From the IMG/VR virus record IMGVR_UViG_3300042317_001568, positions 62,001 through 126,000 of that record: 64,000 nt of DNA; one strand, given 5' to 3'. Position 1 is the first letter of the stretch. Each line of letters starts with the position of its first letter. The notes under the pieces are model-generated. The model did not search any database. It was not told where the DNA came from and saw nothing but the letters and a program-made list of their open reading frames with translations. A program made the translations under genes and the position numbers. Of the stretch, positions 28,332 to 39,450 are shown piece after piece.

Positions 28332-29987
28332 ATGCCACTAGAAATCACGAAACTAGACGAGTTAGCGCCCGAAAAGGTCGAGGCGATTTTTGCGACGTTC
28401 ACGCAACTAATGCAGGAGCGCCACCCAGAAGTCGAGCTCACCCGCGGAGCGTTTCACGACCTTGTGCTGTATTTCAATAGCGTGCTGGCCGCAGCCGTTC
28501 GAGAAAACATCGATCTCGTACTGCAGAGCAATAGTCTTTGGCAGATCATAAAAAACCCGGCGCTGGCAGAAGTAGAACTCGTTGACCGCGTTTTGTCGAA
28601 CTACAACGTTGTGCGAGACAGTGGCACAGAAGCAACCGGGCTTGTGACAGTTGTGGTTAATCTGCCGGTGCTGACAAACATTGCGGCCGGGGTAATACTC
28701 TCTGCCGACGATATTGAATTTGTGACTACGAACGACTTTGTGCTTATACCGCCAACTGCGCAACCGCGGGACGACAACGACAAAAAGCTCGTTGTTGTTG
28801 GTGACGGCACGTACGCGGCGAACATTACAGTGCAGGCCGTGGAGGTAGGCGCCAGCGGTAACATACCCCGCGGCACGAAACTGATTCCAAATTTCGCTCA
28901 GAACAACGTATTAGAACTTTTTGCTGCGAGCGACTTTATTGCCGGCCGTGACGCGAGCACCAACGAAGAATACTTACAAAAGCTAGCCACTGGTTTGGCC
29001 GCTAAGACAATCGGCGGGCGCAAGAGCTACGAGGCTTTAATACGGGCGCAAAGCAAGTTTGAAAATATGCTGCACTGCTCTGTGCTTGGGTGCGGCGACC
29101 CAGAACAGCAAAGAGACCAGCACGGCCTGTTTCCTATTTCTGGCGGCGGCAAAGTAGACGTATACGTGCAGACAAATTTTACAGGGCAAGAGGTAACAAA
29201 CTTTCTGCCGGCGAAGTACATAGGCCCCGGCGACGTAGGCAGCGTGTGGCAAGTCAACCTTGACCGCGAGATCACACCCGGTTTTTACGACATTGTTCGC
29301 GTTACGACTCCCAGCAAGGACGATGAAGCGCACAAAATCTTAATGGAAGACCGCGGCGCTAATTTAACAGACATCGCATACGTTCCTGACATCAAGTACT
29401 TACATGAGAGCGCATACACGCGCTATCAGTACGCGATCATTCAGTTTGAAGACGAAACCGTGCTGCCAACCACGGAGAATAACCTTATCCCGAACGTGAC
29501 GACGGCGCAGTACGCAGTCACTACACGCAGCATGCCGCTTGTCGCCGAGATTCATGACTTTTTAACGTCTCGTGACACGCGGGCGCGGGGCACAGACATT
29601 CTGGTAAAAGCGGCTGTACCGTGTTTCACCAGAATATCGTTTACGATTCAAACGGAAGCCAGCGAGCCCGTCTTAGATTCGACAATCGCTGAAATCAAAC
29701 TAGCTATTGTAAAAGCTATCGGCAATATTGGTTTTGGCGGACAACTGCATTCGTCGATTATTAGCGGCGCCGCGCACAAGTATCTCAGCGGCCGACAAGC
29801 GATTCGCGAGATTGATATGTTTGGAAAAATTCACCGCCCTGACGGCACGATTGCTTACCTGCGAGACAATACGCTGCTCACAATACCTAACGACCCGCAA
29901 CGCTTGGTCACCGGGAGAACTACCGCGTTTCTCGTCGGCGTAGCGGATATCGCCATAACAACAGCCACCGCCGGCTTTACCGACTAA
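28332..29987 (+). CDS. Baseplate J-like wedge protein
   Basis: R..G..ATG.V; V.A...G..GNI..G; G.DA.TNEE patterns. Confidence 0.8.
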   Translation: MPLEITKLDELAPEKVEAIFATFTQLMQERHPEVELTRGAFHDLVLYFNSVLAAAVRENIDLVLQSNSLWQIIKNPALAEVELVDRVLSNYNVVRDSGTEATGLVTVVVNLPVLTNIAAGVILSADDIEFVTTNDFVLIPPTAQPRDDNDKKLVVVGDGTYAANITVQAVEVGASGNIPRGTKLIPNFAQNNVLELFAASDFIAGRDASTNEEYLQKLATGLAAKTIGGRKSYEALIRAQSKFENMLHCSVLGCGDPEQQRDQHGLFPISGGGKVDVYVQTNFTGQEVTNFLPAKYIGPGDVGSVWQVNLDREITPGFYDIVRVTTPSKDDEAHKILMEDRGANLTDIAYVPDIKYLHESAYTRYQYAIIQFEDETVLPTTENNLIPNVTTAQYAVTTRSMPLVAEIHDFLTSRDTRARGTDILVKAAVPCFTRISFTIQTEASEPVLDSTIAEIKLAIVKAIGNIGFGGQLHSSIISGAAHKYLSGRQAIREIDMFGKIHRPDGTIAYLRDNTLLTIPNDPQRLVTGRTTAFLVGVADIAITTATAGFTD

Positions 29988-29995
29988 GTGCAACT

Positions 29996-31699
29996 ATGGC
30001 AAAACCAGAATACGTCTACCCCGGTTCAGATTTTGACCGGGCCCGTAATTTGTTAACTGTACTCGGCACCTTCTGGGCAAAGACCTACACCGGATCGGAC
30101 CAGTTGCTGTCTTACGTGACAGCGCTCGGCCTTGGTTCAGCGCAGGCGCATCGTAATCTGCTAGAAGTCGTTGCGGCCACGAGCCGCTACGAAGTCCCAA
30201 TTTTTCACGAAGAGTTGCTGGTACCAATCGTCATTCGCAAGAGTGAACTAAACAGCAATCAAATCAACGCCGCCGCGTTCGATCAACCCGACATTTATTT
30301 TAATGGCAAGCTGCAATTTGATGTGCCACCTGAAAGCGCGTTGTTTTCTTTTCCAGTGCCGCCAACTCTAAAAAATGTGCAGCAGATTTTCAACAAAATT
30401 GTGTTTCCCACCTCAGTGCTGCTTGGCGGAGTAGACTTTATTGTTGACCCAGTTGCCGGAGCTATACGGTTTACGGCAGACCCGTTCAACAATGAAAGCT
30501 TTCTGCGGGCGCCAGTGCAAGAAGCTGCGGACGATGAAGAAATCACGCTGTGGGGGTTTTGCGGCGACTTTGACTACCAGTACGTGTTTACGCAATTTGC
30601 TTATGCGCTTGGTTTACAACTGAGTAGCAGTGAAAACTCAAAGCTACTGATGAACGCCATTACCAACGGGCTCGTGAATGGCGGCGCAACGGCTAAAGAC
30701 ATCGACTTGGCGTTTTCGGCTCTGTGCGGCATACCGCTGACGGCGGAAAATAAAGAAACCATCGAAGCTGTTTTTTACGACAGCCGTGGGTTGGTTATTG
30801 CCTCAGATTCGGCCGTGTATCGGTTTCAAGAACCCGCCGAACCGCTCGTCAGCGTTGGCGCCGTTCTTGCCGCGGGGTCGCAGCTTGTCCGCTGTTTCGA
30901 GGTGCTGGAGTTTTTCAATCTTCACTCTTACAAAATGCCGGGTGACGAAAACATCTTACCCGCCACAAAAAGCGACGAGTTGGCCACTCAGATATTCGAG
31001 CCGATCGTCACCGAAAACGACAGCGGGATAGTCATAACCACGATCGCCAATCCCCGCAAAGAGCTGCTGGCTCTCGCCGTGGACAACGGGTTTTTACCGT
31101 CGTGCTTTTTGGGTGACCTTGTTTTTGAGAACAAAGTTATTCCGCTAGAGATAACGACGGAGCACCCAACCGGCTACACGTACGTAAAGTTTAAATTAGG
31201 CGGTTTCCCGGCTGACGCGACGCAGTTCTTTGACATGCTGCACGCGCGCGGAATAGCGTTGGCGGAAGCCGCAGCCGACCCGTGCGTTGTGAAAAACAAG
31301 CGGACCGGGACGCTCGCGCACATTCTAGACCGCCGCGAGCAGGCCACCGACGAGCCCACAATAGACGATTTACCGCAGAATATTAACCCTATGCGGTTTC
31401 TAATTGAAAACGTGCTCAGAAACAACGTTTTTGTTGTTAGAATAGTGGTGGCTGCGCTTGGCGTAGACGCGCTCAATTTACATAATATCCGGCACCTGCG
31501 GCGCTTAATTCCGCCGCAGACGGCCATGATTGTTGTGTTTGAGCTGTCAGGAAAAACAGAGGAAATTGACGGCGACAAAATGCTCGACGACGTGCCGGCT
31601 ACGTTCACGGGCGCCGAACCAGCCAGCGACAATATTGACGATACGTACGTAATCGATGAAGGCGCTTTTGCCCGACTTTTATCCGGCACCTGCCAATAG
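29996..31699 (+). CDS. Putative baseplate wedge protein (gpI/gp7-like)
   Basis: Follows baseplate J; LRRLIPPQT resembles the wedge 'P.H' motif. Confidence 0.5.
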   Translation: MAKPEYVYPGSDFDRARNLLTVLGTFWAKTYTGSDQLLSYVTALGLGSAQAHRNLLEVVAATSRYEVPIFHEELLVPIVIRKSELNSNQINAAAFDQPDIYFNGKLQFDVPPESALFSFPVPPTLKNVQQIFNKIVFPTSVLLGGVDFIVDPVAGAIRFTADPFNNESFLRAPVQEAADDEEITLWGFCGDFDYQYVFTQFAYALGLQLSSSENSKLLMNAITNGLVNGGATAKDIDLAFSALCGIPLTAENKETIEAVFYDSRGLVIASDSAVYRFQEPAEPLVSVGAVLAAGSQLVRCFEVLEFFNLHSYKMPGDENILPATKSDELATQIFEPIVTENDSGIVITTIANPRKELLALAVDNGFLPSCFLGDLVFENKVIPLEITTEHPTGYTYVKFKLGGFPADATQFFDMLHARGIALAEAAADPCVVKNKRTGTLAHILDRREQATDEPTIDDLPQNINPMRFLIENVLRNNVFVVRIVVAALGVDALNLHNIRHLRRLIPPQTAMIVVFELSGKTEEIDGDKMLDDVPATFTGAEPASDNIDDTYVIDEGAFARLLSGTCQ

Positions 31700-31706
31700 G
31701 CGAACA

Positions 31707-32348
31707 ATGGACGAAAATAGCGTAATTCCGGCGTCTTTCGTAAACGGCCACGTAACGATTTGGGATTGCCCGGTCGGCGGCGAGAAATCTCTCGTCGGCG
31801 ATCAGCCTAACCAGATTCAGTATTCGTGGGGTTTTATCGCATCGAGGCAGCTTGGTTACCGGTTTCAGCCGAACAGGGACAGTTACCACATCTCGGCGAT
31901 GTACATTGAGTTTGAGAATCAATCTTCGGCAGCTGCGCTTGCGGGGACGGCTGTGTCTGTTTCTTCCAGCTTTCCGCGCTCCGACAGCATTGGTTACTAC
32001 AACAGCCTGTCCGGCAACCGCGACTTTTTACGTATCCCGTTAATCATCGAGCCGACCAGCAGCGTCGCAAGCGGCACCGAAGCAAACCTCGACGATTTGC
32101 CGCTAGAGCAGCAGTTCAACAAATTAACGTTTTTTGCGCAGACAGCCGGAAGCACAGGTGTTCACGGAAAAGCATTCTCGCCGGCACACAACAGCAAGGT
32201 TTACGCCGTAGCGCTCGTCGCTGCGCCGGTGTTCAGCGACCGCACAAAAGACGCCGTGTTTGCTCGGACGGTTCTAGCGTCAGGCAATCAAGTTGCCAAA
32301 ACAGCTTCGTCTCAGATTGGCATAACATGGGATATCTCTTTCAAGTAA
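31707..32348 (+). CDS. Baseplate/tail fibre attachment protein
   Basis: C-terminal VFART...KTASSQIGITWDISF pattern. Confidence 0.5.
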   Translation: MDENSVIPASFVNGHVTIWDCPVGGEKSLVGDQPNQIQYSWGFIASRQLGYRFQPNRDSYHISAMYIEFENQSSAAALAGTAVSVSSSFPRSDSIGYYNSLSGNRDFLRIPLIIEPTSSVASGTEANLDDLPLEQQFNKLTFFAQTAGSTGVHGKAFSPAHNSKVYAVALVAAPVFSDRTKDAVFARTVLASGNQVAKTASSQIGITWDISFK

Positions 32349-32366
32349 ACATGTCGGAGGACAAGG

Positions 32367-34277
32367 ATGTCCGGAAATTGGCTTCACAACATTCGACACG
32401 TTACGCCGGGAGAGCCCGTCGATGCCGGGGTAGTTAACCGCCCCGACCGGACGCTAGAGGACCGCACCGATTACCTCAAGGACAGGCTCGACGCTTCAGA
32501 CGCCGGCCGTGCGCTATTTGACGTTGATGCGACGATTGCGTCAGACGTATTACCGGGACAACCTGTCTTTTGGAATCACGTCGCGCAGCGATACGAACGT
32601 GCTCTCGTAGCTACAGAAGTCGATACAGCAACACAAGCTATTGTGGTACTGCCGTCGGCTGAGTGCGTCGGCATGTGTTTGCGCAAAAAAGCAGCTGACC
32701 GGGGAGACATCGTTCTCCGCGGTTTGGTGACATTTGAAAATTTGAATGCGTCTGTCGGACAAACAGTCGCCCCGGGTCGGTATTTTCTGTCTGCCAGTGA
32801 GCCGGGAAAGTTAACAAAACAACAACCGCCTGTTACGGTAAGCGTGTGCTACGTGCAGGGCCCGCGGGATAACTGCTCTGACGCGTTACGCGTAATCGTA
32901 ATGCCGCAGCTGCGCGATTACACGAACGACCACACGCACTACAGGTTTGATCTTATTGCCGCCCCTGCCGGCACAGGACAAGCGGTCTCAAACAACAAGG
33001 TAGCCATTGTATCGCCGTCGTCGGCTCTTCCGGGTTGGCTGCCGGCAAATCACACTGTGTTTAACGGCAAAGCTCCGGCTGGCGCAGTGTTCGGTTACAA
33101 CATCTCGAAACACCCGGCGCTTTCTCGGGTGTGGCCGCCCGTGCCAATTCAATCAGTGTCCATGCTTTGGGACAAAGGAACGTCGCTTGTCGGCGGCACG
33201 GAAATACCGCTCGGTCCTGCGGGTTTAGCCGTCTGCGACGTAAATGGCATTTGGTGGATGAGCGACTGCCAGACAGACGTACCGTGGCCGGCCTCTCCGG
33301 CTGTGGCAGGAGCTGGAATAAATAACATTACAGAGGTGCTCGCCAATCGTGCCGAGTGCCCGCGTTCAGAGGCTATGCGTGTCACGGTTATTTTCCTTCG
33401 CATGCTGCTCGGAAACGACCGCACAGTGGTAACAAGTCTGGCTCCTGCGCCAGAAAGCCCGATCGAAGTTTTAAATTGCGATGGCGAGCCCGGAAACACT
33501 GGCGACCTCGAACTAGACCTGAATCTGCAGGTCGTCGATTGCGCGCCGCTTGGCGTAGACGCAAACGGCAAAGTTCTTGGTGACGTAATCGAAAAAAATA
33601 AGCTGCAAAAAATATGGGTTGCTGAGGGTGTCGTCGCCCACAACCTGACCCAGCTTAGCCTGACCAGCACGCGTACGCGGCCGCTTACAAATGCAGAAAA
33701 AACAGCGTTCGATTTCTCGGCCGGTGAAAATGTATTAGCGCATCAGGGTTTAGTCCGGATAAATTTCAACAACCAGTTCGCTGAACGCGAAGTGGCTCCG
33801 CAGATTGTGCGCTTAAACGACGCCGTCGAGCGGTTGTACAAAGATATTCCTTATCTTGGTCTTCCGGGCGCCCAAGAGTCGTCGCTGCGGCTGCGGTTCA
33901 ACATCCCGTACGTAAGCTTAAGCGCGCCGGCGTCGCTACAGATGAAAATACGTGTGCAGCTGTTTGGTCGCGGCGGCGCATTGACGGGCAACACAACAGC
34001 ACTACCCGCGCTTACTCTTACGTACCGCAAAATAAACGTTCCCGGAACGGGCGCAACCCCGCTGCCCGCAAGCGACACTGCGCTTGCGTTCCCGAGCAAC
34101 GGGCAGAGTATTTTAGTGCTGCGCGATCAAGTCGTTCAGCGCGATAGCGGTTTATTTACTGTTGCTCCCGGCGACACGGTACTTGTAACAATTCAACGCG
34201 CTTACAGCGTATCAGACACGTATCCAGAAGTCGGCATTTTACGCGTATCAGGCATCATCATTGACGCAGGCAGCTAA
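32367..34277 (+). CDS. Tail fibre-associated structural protein
   Basis: N-terminal GEPV..GV.NRP...L..RT.YLK motif seen in fibre N-termini. Confidence 0.55.
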   Translation: MSGNWLHNIRHVTPGEPVDAGVVNRPDRTLEDRTDYLKDRLDASDAGRALFDVDATIASDVLPGQPVFWNHVAQRYERALVATEVDTATQAIVVLPSAECVGMCLRKKAADRGDIVLRGLVTFENLNASVGQTVAPGRYFLSASEPGKLTKQQPPVTVSVCYVQGPRDNCSDALRVIVMPQLRDYTNDHTHYRFDLIAAPAGTGQAVSNNKVAIVSPSSALPGWLPANHTVFNGKAPAGAVFGYNISKHPALSRVWPPVPIQSVSMLWDKGTSLVGGTEIPLGPAGLAVCDVNGIWWMSDCQTDVPWPASPAVAGAGINNITEVLANRAECPRSEAMRVTVIFLRMLLGNDRTVVTSLAPAPESPIEVLNCDGEPGNTGDLELDLNLQVVDCAPLGVDANGKVLGDVIEKNKLQKIWVAEGVVAHNLTQLSLTSTRTRPLTNAEKTAFDFSAGENVLAHQGLVRINFNNQFAEREVAPQIVRLNDAVERLYKDIPYLGLPGAQESSLRLRFNIPYVSLSAPASLQMKIRVQLFGRGGALTGNTTALPALTLTYRKINVPGTGATPLPASDTALAFPSNGQSILVLRDQVVQRDSGLFTVAPGDTVLVTIQRAYSVSDTYPEVGILRVSGIIIDAGS

Positions 34278-34280
34278 GCC

Positions 34281-35228
34281 ATGCCTATTGGAAATTGGAA
34301 TCTACAGTGGCTAAATCATAACTCGCAGCGGGCTTACCCACTGACTGAGCGCGCTTCCAAAGTAGACACCAGTAGCGTAATCACGATCCCCGACAGTTTC
34401 ATCGTAGAGCTCTACCTGCCAATCCACTCTGGTACGACTTTTACGCCGGCTGGTTTCTTCATCAAGTCGCTGTTGATCTCGCCGACCGGGTTTAACATCG
34501 TTGTCGGCTACTCTGACGGCACAAACACTGTAGACGTAGCCGCCACAAACATTGCGCGTAGCTCGTTCATCGCTAACCGGGCGTACGCACTGATCGGTAT
34601 TGATAACTTTTACGATTCAGTGGGCTACATCGTAATTGGCAACCTCGACGAGATCGATCTGCTGCCGTCGGGGCTGTACACGTTTACCAGCGCGTCTGCT
34701 GAACTAGAGCCGGGCGCAATCCGCCCGATGCTGCGCGCTGTGTCACGCCTGCAGGTTATCAACAATACCGAAACAAGCGCGCCTATTTACGGCGACGTAA
34801 CGCTTGTGGCTGGGCCTAACGTACGGCTAAACGTAATAACTTCCGGCGCAGAAACTCAAATCGTGTTTCAGGCGATCTCGGGTGAAAACCTCAATCAAAA
34901 CTGTCTCTGCCAGATTCCGGACACGGCTGACTGCATTACCAGCATAAACGGACAGACGGGCATAAACGGCAACTTCGAGATTGCGCCAAATGACTGCATT
35001 GAAATAGAAACGATCGCGGGTGGTATTAAAATCAGCGACATCTGCGCGCAACCGTGCTGCGGCTGCTCAGAGCTAAACGCGGTGTTGTCGCAAATCGATC
35101 GCTTCGGCGACGGTATTACTACGCTGCAAAACTTCGTGACACGGCTTGGTTCCGAAGTAACTCAGATGAGTCTAGTTGTGCTCGGCAGTCGCCTGAGCAG
35201 CTCTGGATGCGACACAACTACGGGGTGA
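34281..35228 (+). CDS. Cys-rich tail protein, paralog family member 1
   Basis: N..RAYPL, ING..GN and CxxPCCxC followed by a coiled coil. Confidence 0.55.
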   Translation: MPIGNWNLQWLNHNSQRAYPLTERASKVDTSSVITIPDSFIVELYLPIHSGTTFTPAGFFIKSLLISPTGFNIVVGYSDGTNTVDVAATNIARSSFIANRAYALIGIDNFYDSVGYIVIGNLDEIDLLPSGLYTFTSASAELEPGAIRPMLRAVSRLQVINNTETSAPIYGDVTLVAGPNVRLNVITSGAETQIVFQAISGENLNQNCLCQIPDTADCITSINGQTGINGNFEIAPNDCIEIETIAGGIKISDICAQPCCGCSELNAVLSQIDRFGDGITTLQNFVTRLGSEVTQMSLVVLGSRLSSSGCDTTTG

Positions 35229-35232
35229 CGCG

Positions 35233-37683
35233 ATGGCATGCGGAAACAGCGTCACATCCGACTACATTAAAAATTTGCTGGTCGGCAAAAATTTTAAATC
35301 GCGCTATTTCGACGGCGTGCAGGCGAACGGTCTTTATGGCTTAGACCTGTTTCTCAACTTTTATGAAAACAACGTCAACCGCGCCGGCGGCGAAACCGAT
35401 TTAAACGCGACCGCTAATTTTGTACGCAATCCAAATTGCTGGGCGTACGACATCGATTTAACGTGCTGTTCGCCGTGGAACATGCATCCGACGCTGCGCC
35501 TTGCCGGCGGCATTCTGCCGTCGAGCAGCCACCATATGGCGGGCACGCTCATCAGTCCGCGACACGTAATTTTTTGCCAACACGACGATTTTTATCCGCC
35601 AGCTGGGAGTCTTATTCGGTTTGTCACAAGAGACAACCAAACTGTGACAAAAACAATAACAGCCGTGCAGGAATCAGCCGCCGGCGACTTTACGGTAGGC
35701 GTGTTAGACAGCGATGTCCCGCCGACAATAACGTTCGCGCGAATTCTCCCAGACAACTGGAGAGAAAAGTTTGCGATGAATTACAACGACAGCGATTTTG
35801 CTGAAGAGTTACTGGGAATATCGCTGAACCAAGACAAGAGCGTATTGTTACGCCGTGTACAAATACCGCCACAAGTACCAAACGAGATAGTGGTTGATGT
35901 TCTTGGTTCGGGTCTTGGGCCGGCTGACGCTATGCGCGGTATTAGAAAGTACGATTCCGGCAGCCCCACTTTTTTGATCGTAGACAACACGCCAATCATT
36001 GTAACTACCTTTTTTACCGCGAATAGTGGCGAGTCAATTTACGCATGTCGGCACGCCATAAACGACGCTATGTTGTCGCTCGGTGGCGGTTACACGCTGA
36101 CGCCGGCTAACTTAAACGCTTACAGCACTTTCTTGTCGTCAGAACGCGGCAGAGCTGGCGTGGGCGTAGTGCAACCGCAAAGCGGCCTCGATTATCCGCT
36201 CGTAGCGCCGACAGACGAGGTGCGTTACCTCATCGCTGACTTTGAATTAAGTTTCGATGACCTCGGCGAATACGGGGCGGGCCCCAAAGTAGTGCCGCCG
36301 CTTAAAATAAAACATCTGTACAACGTTGGCTGCGTGGATTACGGACGGCCCGACGGATTTCCAACGCCACGAGACGCCGCTAAAGCAGATATTCAAATCG
36401 TAGATTCTGCTGGCACGGTAGTGTTCGACACTTTTGCCGGCGGGACCGCTGACAGCATCAAAGAATGGGGCGCTGATTATACGCTGTATAGCTGGAAAAA
36501 GAGCAATCAGGTTTGTTCTCTTTTGGCTTACAAAACATGGCAACCAGACGCCTTCAAAAACGGCGAAGGGCCGAGACGTCGAAATTACGACAAATATCTG
36601 ACACCAGTAAACGCGCAGATTGACTCTCGCGCTGTTTACAAAATGCCAAAAAGACTGCGCAGTCTGTCTGTAAAGAGTAGCCCAAACTGCGCCGCGGTCT
36701 GCGGGCCGTACACCGGGCGAATCAGCTTTAAAAACGGATTCAATACGACAATTGCAGCGGGTGATTCAACAATCAACAATTTTCGTGTAAACACGGCTAT
36801 TACATTTAGCGCTATTGCCGGAAGTGGCGCCGGGAAGTATTCAAGCTGCCCGGACACGTCAATCGTCGCACAATCGATTACTAAGATTAATGGCGCTGCT
36901 GCTCCCGGCGGCGACTTTGTTATTGCTGCCACTGACTGCCTTTGGGCAAAAAAACCGACGACTCGTCCAGCAGGTGCTGCGTACGTTATTCCATCACCCA
37001 CCGTGCCGCAGCAGCTTGGCGGAAACTGCGGGCCGTGCTGCGAGTGCAACGACTACGCTGCGGTGGCAGAAGAGATAAACCGTGTTCAGGCGTTCTACGT
37101 GCAGATTGGCGACCGAGTTAACAATGTAAAATTCCAGCACGAAGCAAATATTGAACGCTGGCTCGCGCAACAATCATGCAGCATCAATCCGCTGAAACTT
37201 CTTTTGGTCCCGCAGCGATGCCCGTACATGGACGTTGTGGCGATGATCTGCAATCCGTGTCAAGAATGCATAAACAACAGCTTAATCACTGTCTCACTTA
37301 CACCGCGAGAGGTAGTAGCGTCAGCGGAAGTTGTCGCCGGTAAGACGGCCATGTACGCAAAAGGTGTAAACGGCCGGCCGGTTGCAATTACAAAAACAAC
37401 AACTGTCAATCAGCAGACCGGCCGAATTACAACACAATTTTCTGCGCCGTTTAATCAAATCACTGCTGGCGCAAATGCATACCTGCAGTTCCGCGTAAAA
37501 TTCTCTGTAAAAAGTCCGTACACGATCGACGGCGCGTTAACAGCAGTCGAAATTGCGACGGGGCAGCGTATCCGCACCGGTTGCGCAGACAGCCCGGCAA
37601 CCGTCACCCGTGTTGACGCCACGGCAATAAAATCAGAGGCGCTATTCTGCACAACCGACGGCAAAACAGTATTCCCGGTATAA
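35233..37683 (+). CDS. Tail protein with N-terminal trypsin-like serine protease domain
   Basis: GTLISPRHVIFCQH (His), GDFTVG (Asp), YDSGSP (Ser); the remainder resembles the paralog family. Confidence 0.65.
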   Translation: MACGNSVTSDYIKNLLVGKNFKSRYFDGVQANGLYGLDLFLNFYENNVNRAGGETDLNATANFVRNPNCWAYDIDLTCCSPWNMHPTLRLAGGILPSSSHHMAGTLISPRHVIFCQHDDFYPPAGSLIRFVTRDNQTVTKTITAVQESAAGDFTVGVLDSDVPPTITFARILPDNWREKFAMNYNDSDFAEELLGISLNQDKSVLLRRVQIPPQVPNEIVVDVLGSGLGPADAMRGIRKYDSGSPTFLIVDNTPIIVTTFFTANSGESIYACRHAINDAMLSLGGGYTLTPANLNAYSTFLSSERGRAGVGVVQPQSGLDYPLVAPTDEVRYLIADFELSFDDLGEYGAGPKVVPPLKIKHLYNVGCVDYGRPDGFPTPRDAAKADIQIVDSAGTVVFDTFAGGTADSIKEWGADYTLYSWKKSNQVCSLLAYKTWQPDAFKNGEGPRRRNYDKYLTPVNAQIDSRAVYKMPKRLRSLSVKSSPNCAAVCGPYTGRISFKNGFNTTIAAGDSTINNFRVNTAITFSAIAGSGAGKYSSCPDTSIVAQSITKINGAAAPGGDFVIAATDCLWAKKPTTRPAGAAYVIPSPTVPQQLGGNCGPCCECNDYAAVAEEINRVQAFYVQIGDRVNNVKFQHEANIERWLAQQSCSINPLKLLLVPQRCPYMDVVAMICNPCQECINNSLITVSLTPREVVASAEVVAGKTAMYAKGVNGRPVAITKTTTVNQQTGRITTQFSAPFNQITAGANAYLQFRVKFSVKSPYTIDGALTAVEIATGQRIRTGCADSPATVTRVDATAIKSEALFCTTDGKTVFPV

Positions 37684-37686
37684 GTC

Positions 37687-39447
37687 ATGAGCGTAAGAAA
37701 TCTTAACTGGTACAACCTGCAGTCGACTCGGGAATACCCGCTCGACGACTTGGCGACGTCAGAAACAGACGAGCATGTTGCTATGCCTAGCAACCTGTTA
37801 GTAGACGCACATATACGTTTTCCAGAAACACTCGGAAAATACGCGTACGTGCAGGGAGCCACATCTGCCCCGGGAATTGTGACGATTCTAATAGGCGTGT
37901 CTGAAAACCCAACCACAGAAGGCATGACCGTCGCGGCCGTGCGAGCCCCGCGCCCAGTCAGCCCATATGTGAACTACGACATCACAGCTATTGTTCCCGG
38001 AGTAGCCGGCTGGATCACTTTTGGTCCGGGCATAGAAGAAATGTTTGCAGGGCGTTTTTCGTCGCCAAGACAAACGTTGATTAATGCGCGGTGTGCGCGT
38101 GCGTACAAACCACTGCCGATCCCCAGTATCAGTAAAACTGGTTTAAATACCACGCTGTCCGGCATTGTAAAAATAATTGGTGAGCCGCCGATAGAAGCGG
38201 TGTTTCATTCTTCGTTAGCGGTGGCCGGTAAAACAGCGCAAGCAATCGTCTTGCGATTAAGCAAAGATGACGCGTCACTTAGTTACAACCCGTTTACGTA
38301 TTTTACTGGTTCTTGCGGGCAACGACCCGAGAGCGGAACGTGCCCTAAAACACCAATTGAAACTATTAACGGCGTATCGCCCGACTGTCACGGAAACATC
38401 AATATTGTTTTTGGCGGACCGTTGACAGCGTTACCATTTCAAAATTGCGGCGGTATTGACGTTTTGACACCAACCACGTTAGCGCAAGTGTGCACGAGTA
38501 CCAACACACGGCGCGCGTCATTTAAAGACCTCTGCTGCCCAGACGTCGTGGAGACGCTGAGCGCGCTTTACGCTATCACTGAATTTGTACAAGGAAAAGT
38601 AGTGCAGGTTCAAAGCGACCCAGTGACTTATTACAAAGCAGTTAGTCAAACTAGCGGCACAATTAACTGGGAGCCGACAACAGCCGTAGACGCTATTTGC
38701 GGCTGGCCAGACCCAACAGACGCTATACCTGCAACCACGTTTACCCTCACCGCCATGCAAGACTATCCGTGCTTAAATCTGCCGGCCTGCATTGATTTTT
38801 GTTCTTGCGGCGACGAACCGCCACTATTTGAAACGCGGCGCGGGTCGTTCAAAAAACTCAACACGCAAGCGCCGTTTGGCTGCGTCCCGTGTGGCACTGG
38901 GCAAGAAGCCGCGCCGAGCGAAGATCAAACGATTAAAACAGCGCGGAACACGTACGCGGCGGTAAACAGCAGTTCGACAAGCATCGCAACGCTTAAAAAT
39001 TGCGCGACAGACTGGGCCTATAACAAAACAATTAGCGCGCAGTTTAAAATTGGCAGCGAAGGATTAGACCGCAACGGCGGCATAGTCATTAATTATGTGC
39101 ACGACACTGGAAGCGTTCCTCCGCAAGTGAAATACCTTGCGGCAGTGTTGGATGTTAGCCGTGGCGAGCTGCGCCTGTTGCGGTACGTTAACGATAGCTT
39201 TATCGCCGAGGGCTACGCCACGTTTCCGGTGATTACTGGCAACTGGTATGAGATGTCTGTAACGCCTATTTTTACAGGCACTGGCGTAACAATAAAAGTT
39301 GTCGTAAAAGAGCTCGAAACAGCGGCCCGTACGGTAGAATTAATGGTGCCGCTTACATTTGAAAAATACGGTAATCCCACCGGTTTATACGGCTTATTTG
39401 CCAGCAGATCATGGACCTACTTCAATCGTTTTACCGTCAGCGAGTGA
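37687..39447 (+). CDS. Cys-rich tail protein, paralog family; C-terminal lectin/beta-sandwich-like domain
   Basis: NWYN...REYPL; INGVSPDCHGNI; beta-rich C-terminus. Confidence 0.55.
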   Translation: MSVRNLNWYNLQSTREYPLDDLATSETDEHVAMPSNLLVDAHIRFPETLGKYAYVQGATSAPGIVTILIGVSENPTTEGMTVAAVRAPRPVSPYVNYDITAIVPGVAGWITFGPGIEEMFAGRFSSPRQTLINARCARAYKPLPIPSISKTGLNTTLSGIVKIIGEPPIEAVFHSSLAVAGKTAQAIVLRLSKDDASLSYNPFTYFTGSCGQRPESGTCPKTPIETINGVSPDCHGNINIVFGGPLTALPFQNCGGIDVLTPTTLAQVCTSTNTRRASFKDLCCPDVVETLSALYAITEFVQGKVVQVQSDPVTYYKAVSQTSGTINWEPTTAVDAICGWPDPTDAIPATTFTLTAMQDYPCLNLPACIDFCSCGDEPPLFETRRGSFKKLNTQAPFGCVPCGTGQEAAPSEDQTIKTARNTYAAVNSSSTSIATLKNCATDWAYNKTISAQFKIGSEGLDRNGGIVINYVHDTGSVPPQVKYLAAVLDVSRGELRLLRYVNDSFIAEGYATFPVITGNWYEMSVTPIFTGTGVTIKVVVKELETAARTVELMVPLTFEKYGNPTGLYGLFASRSWTYFNRFTVSE

Positions 39448-39450
39448 TCC

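Noticed and set aside
10583-31699. Extracellular contractile injection system or tailocin instead of a phage
   Set aside because: Capsid, neck and terminase genes are present in the same window.
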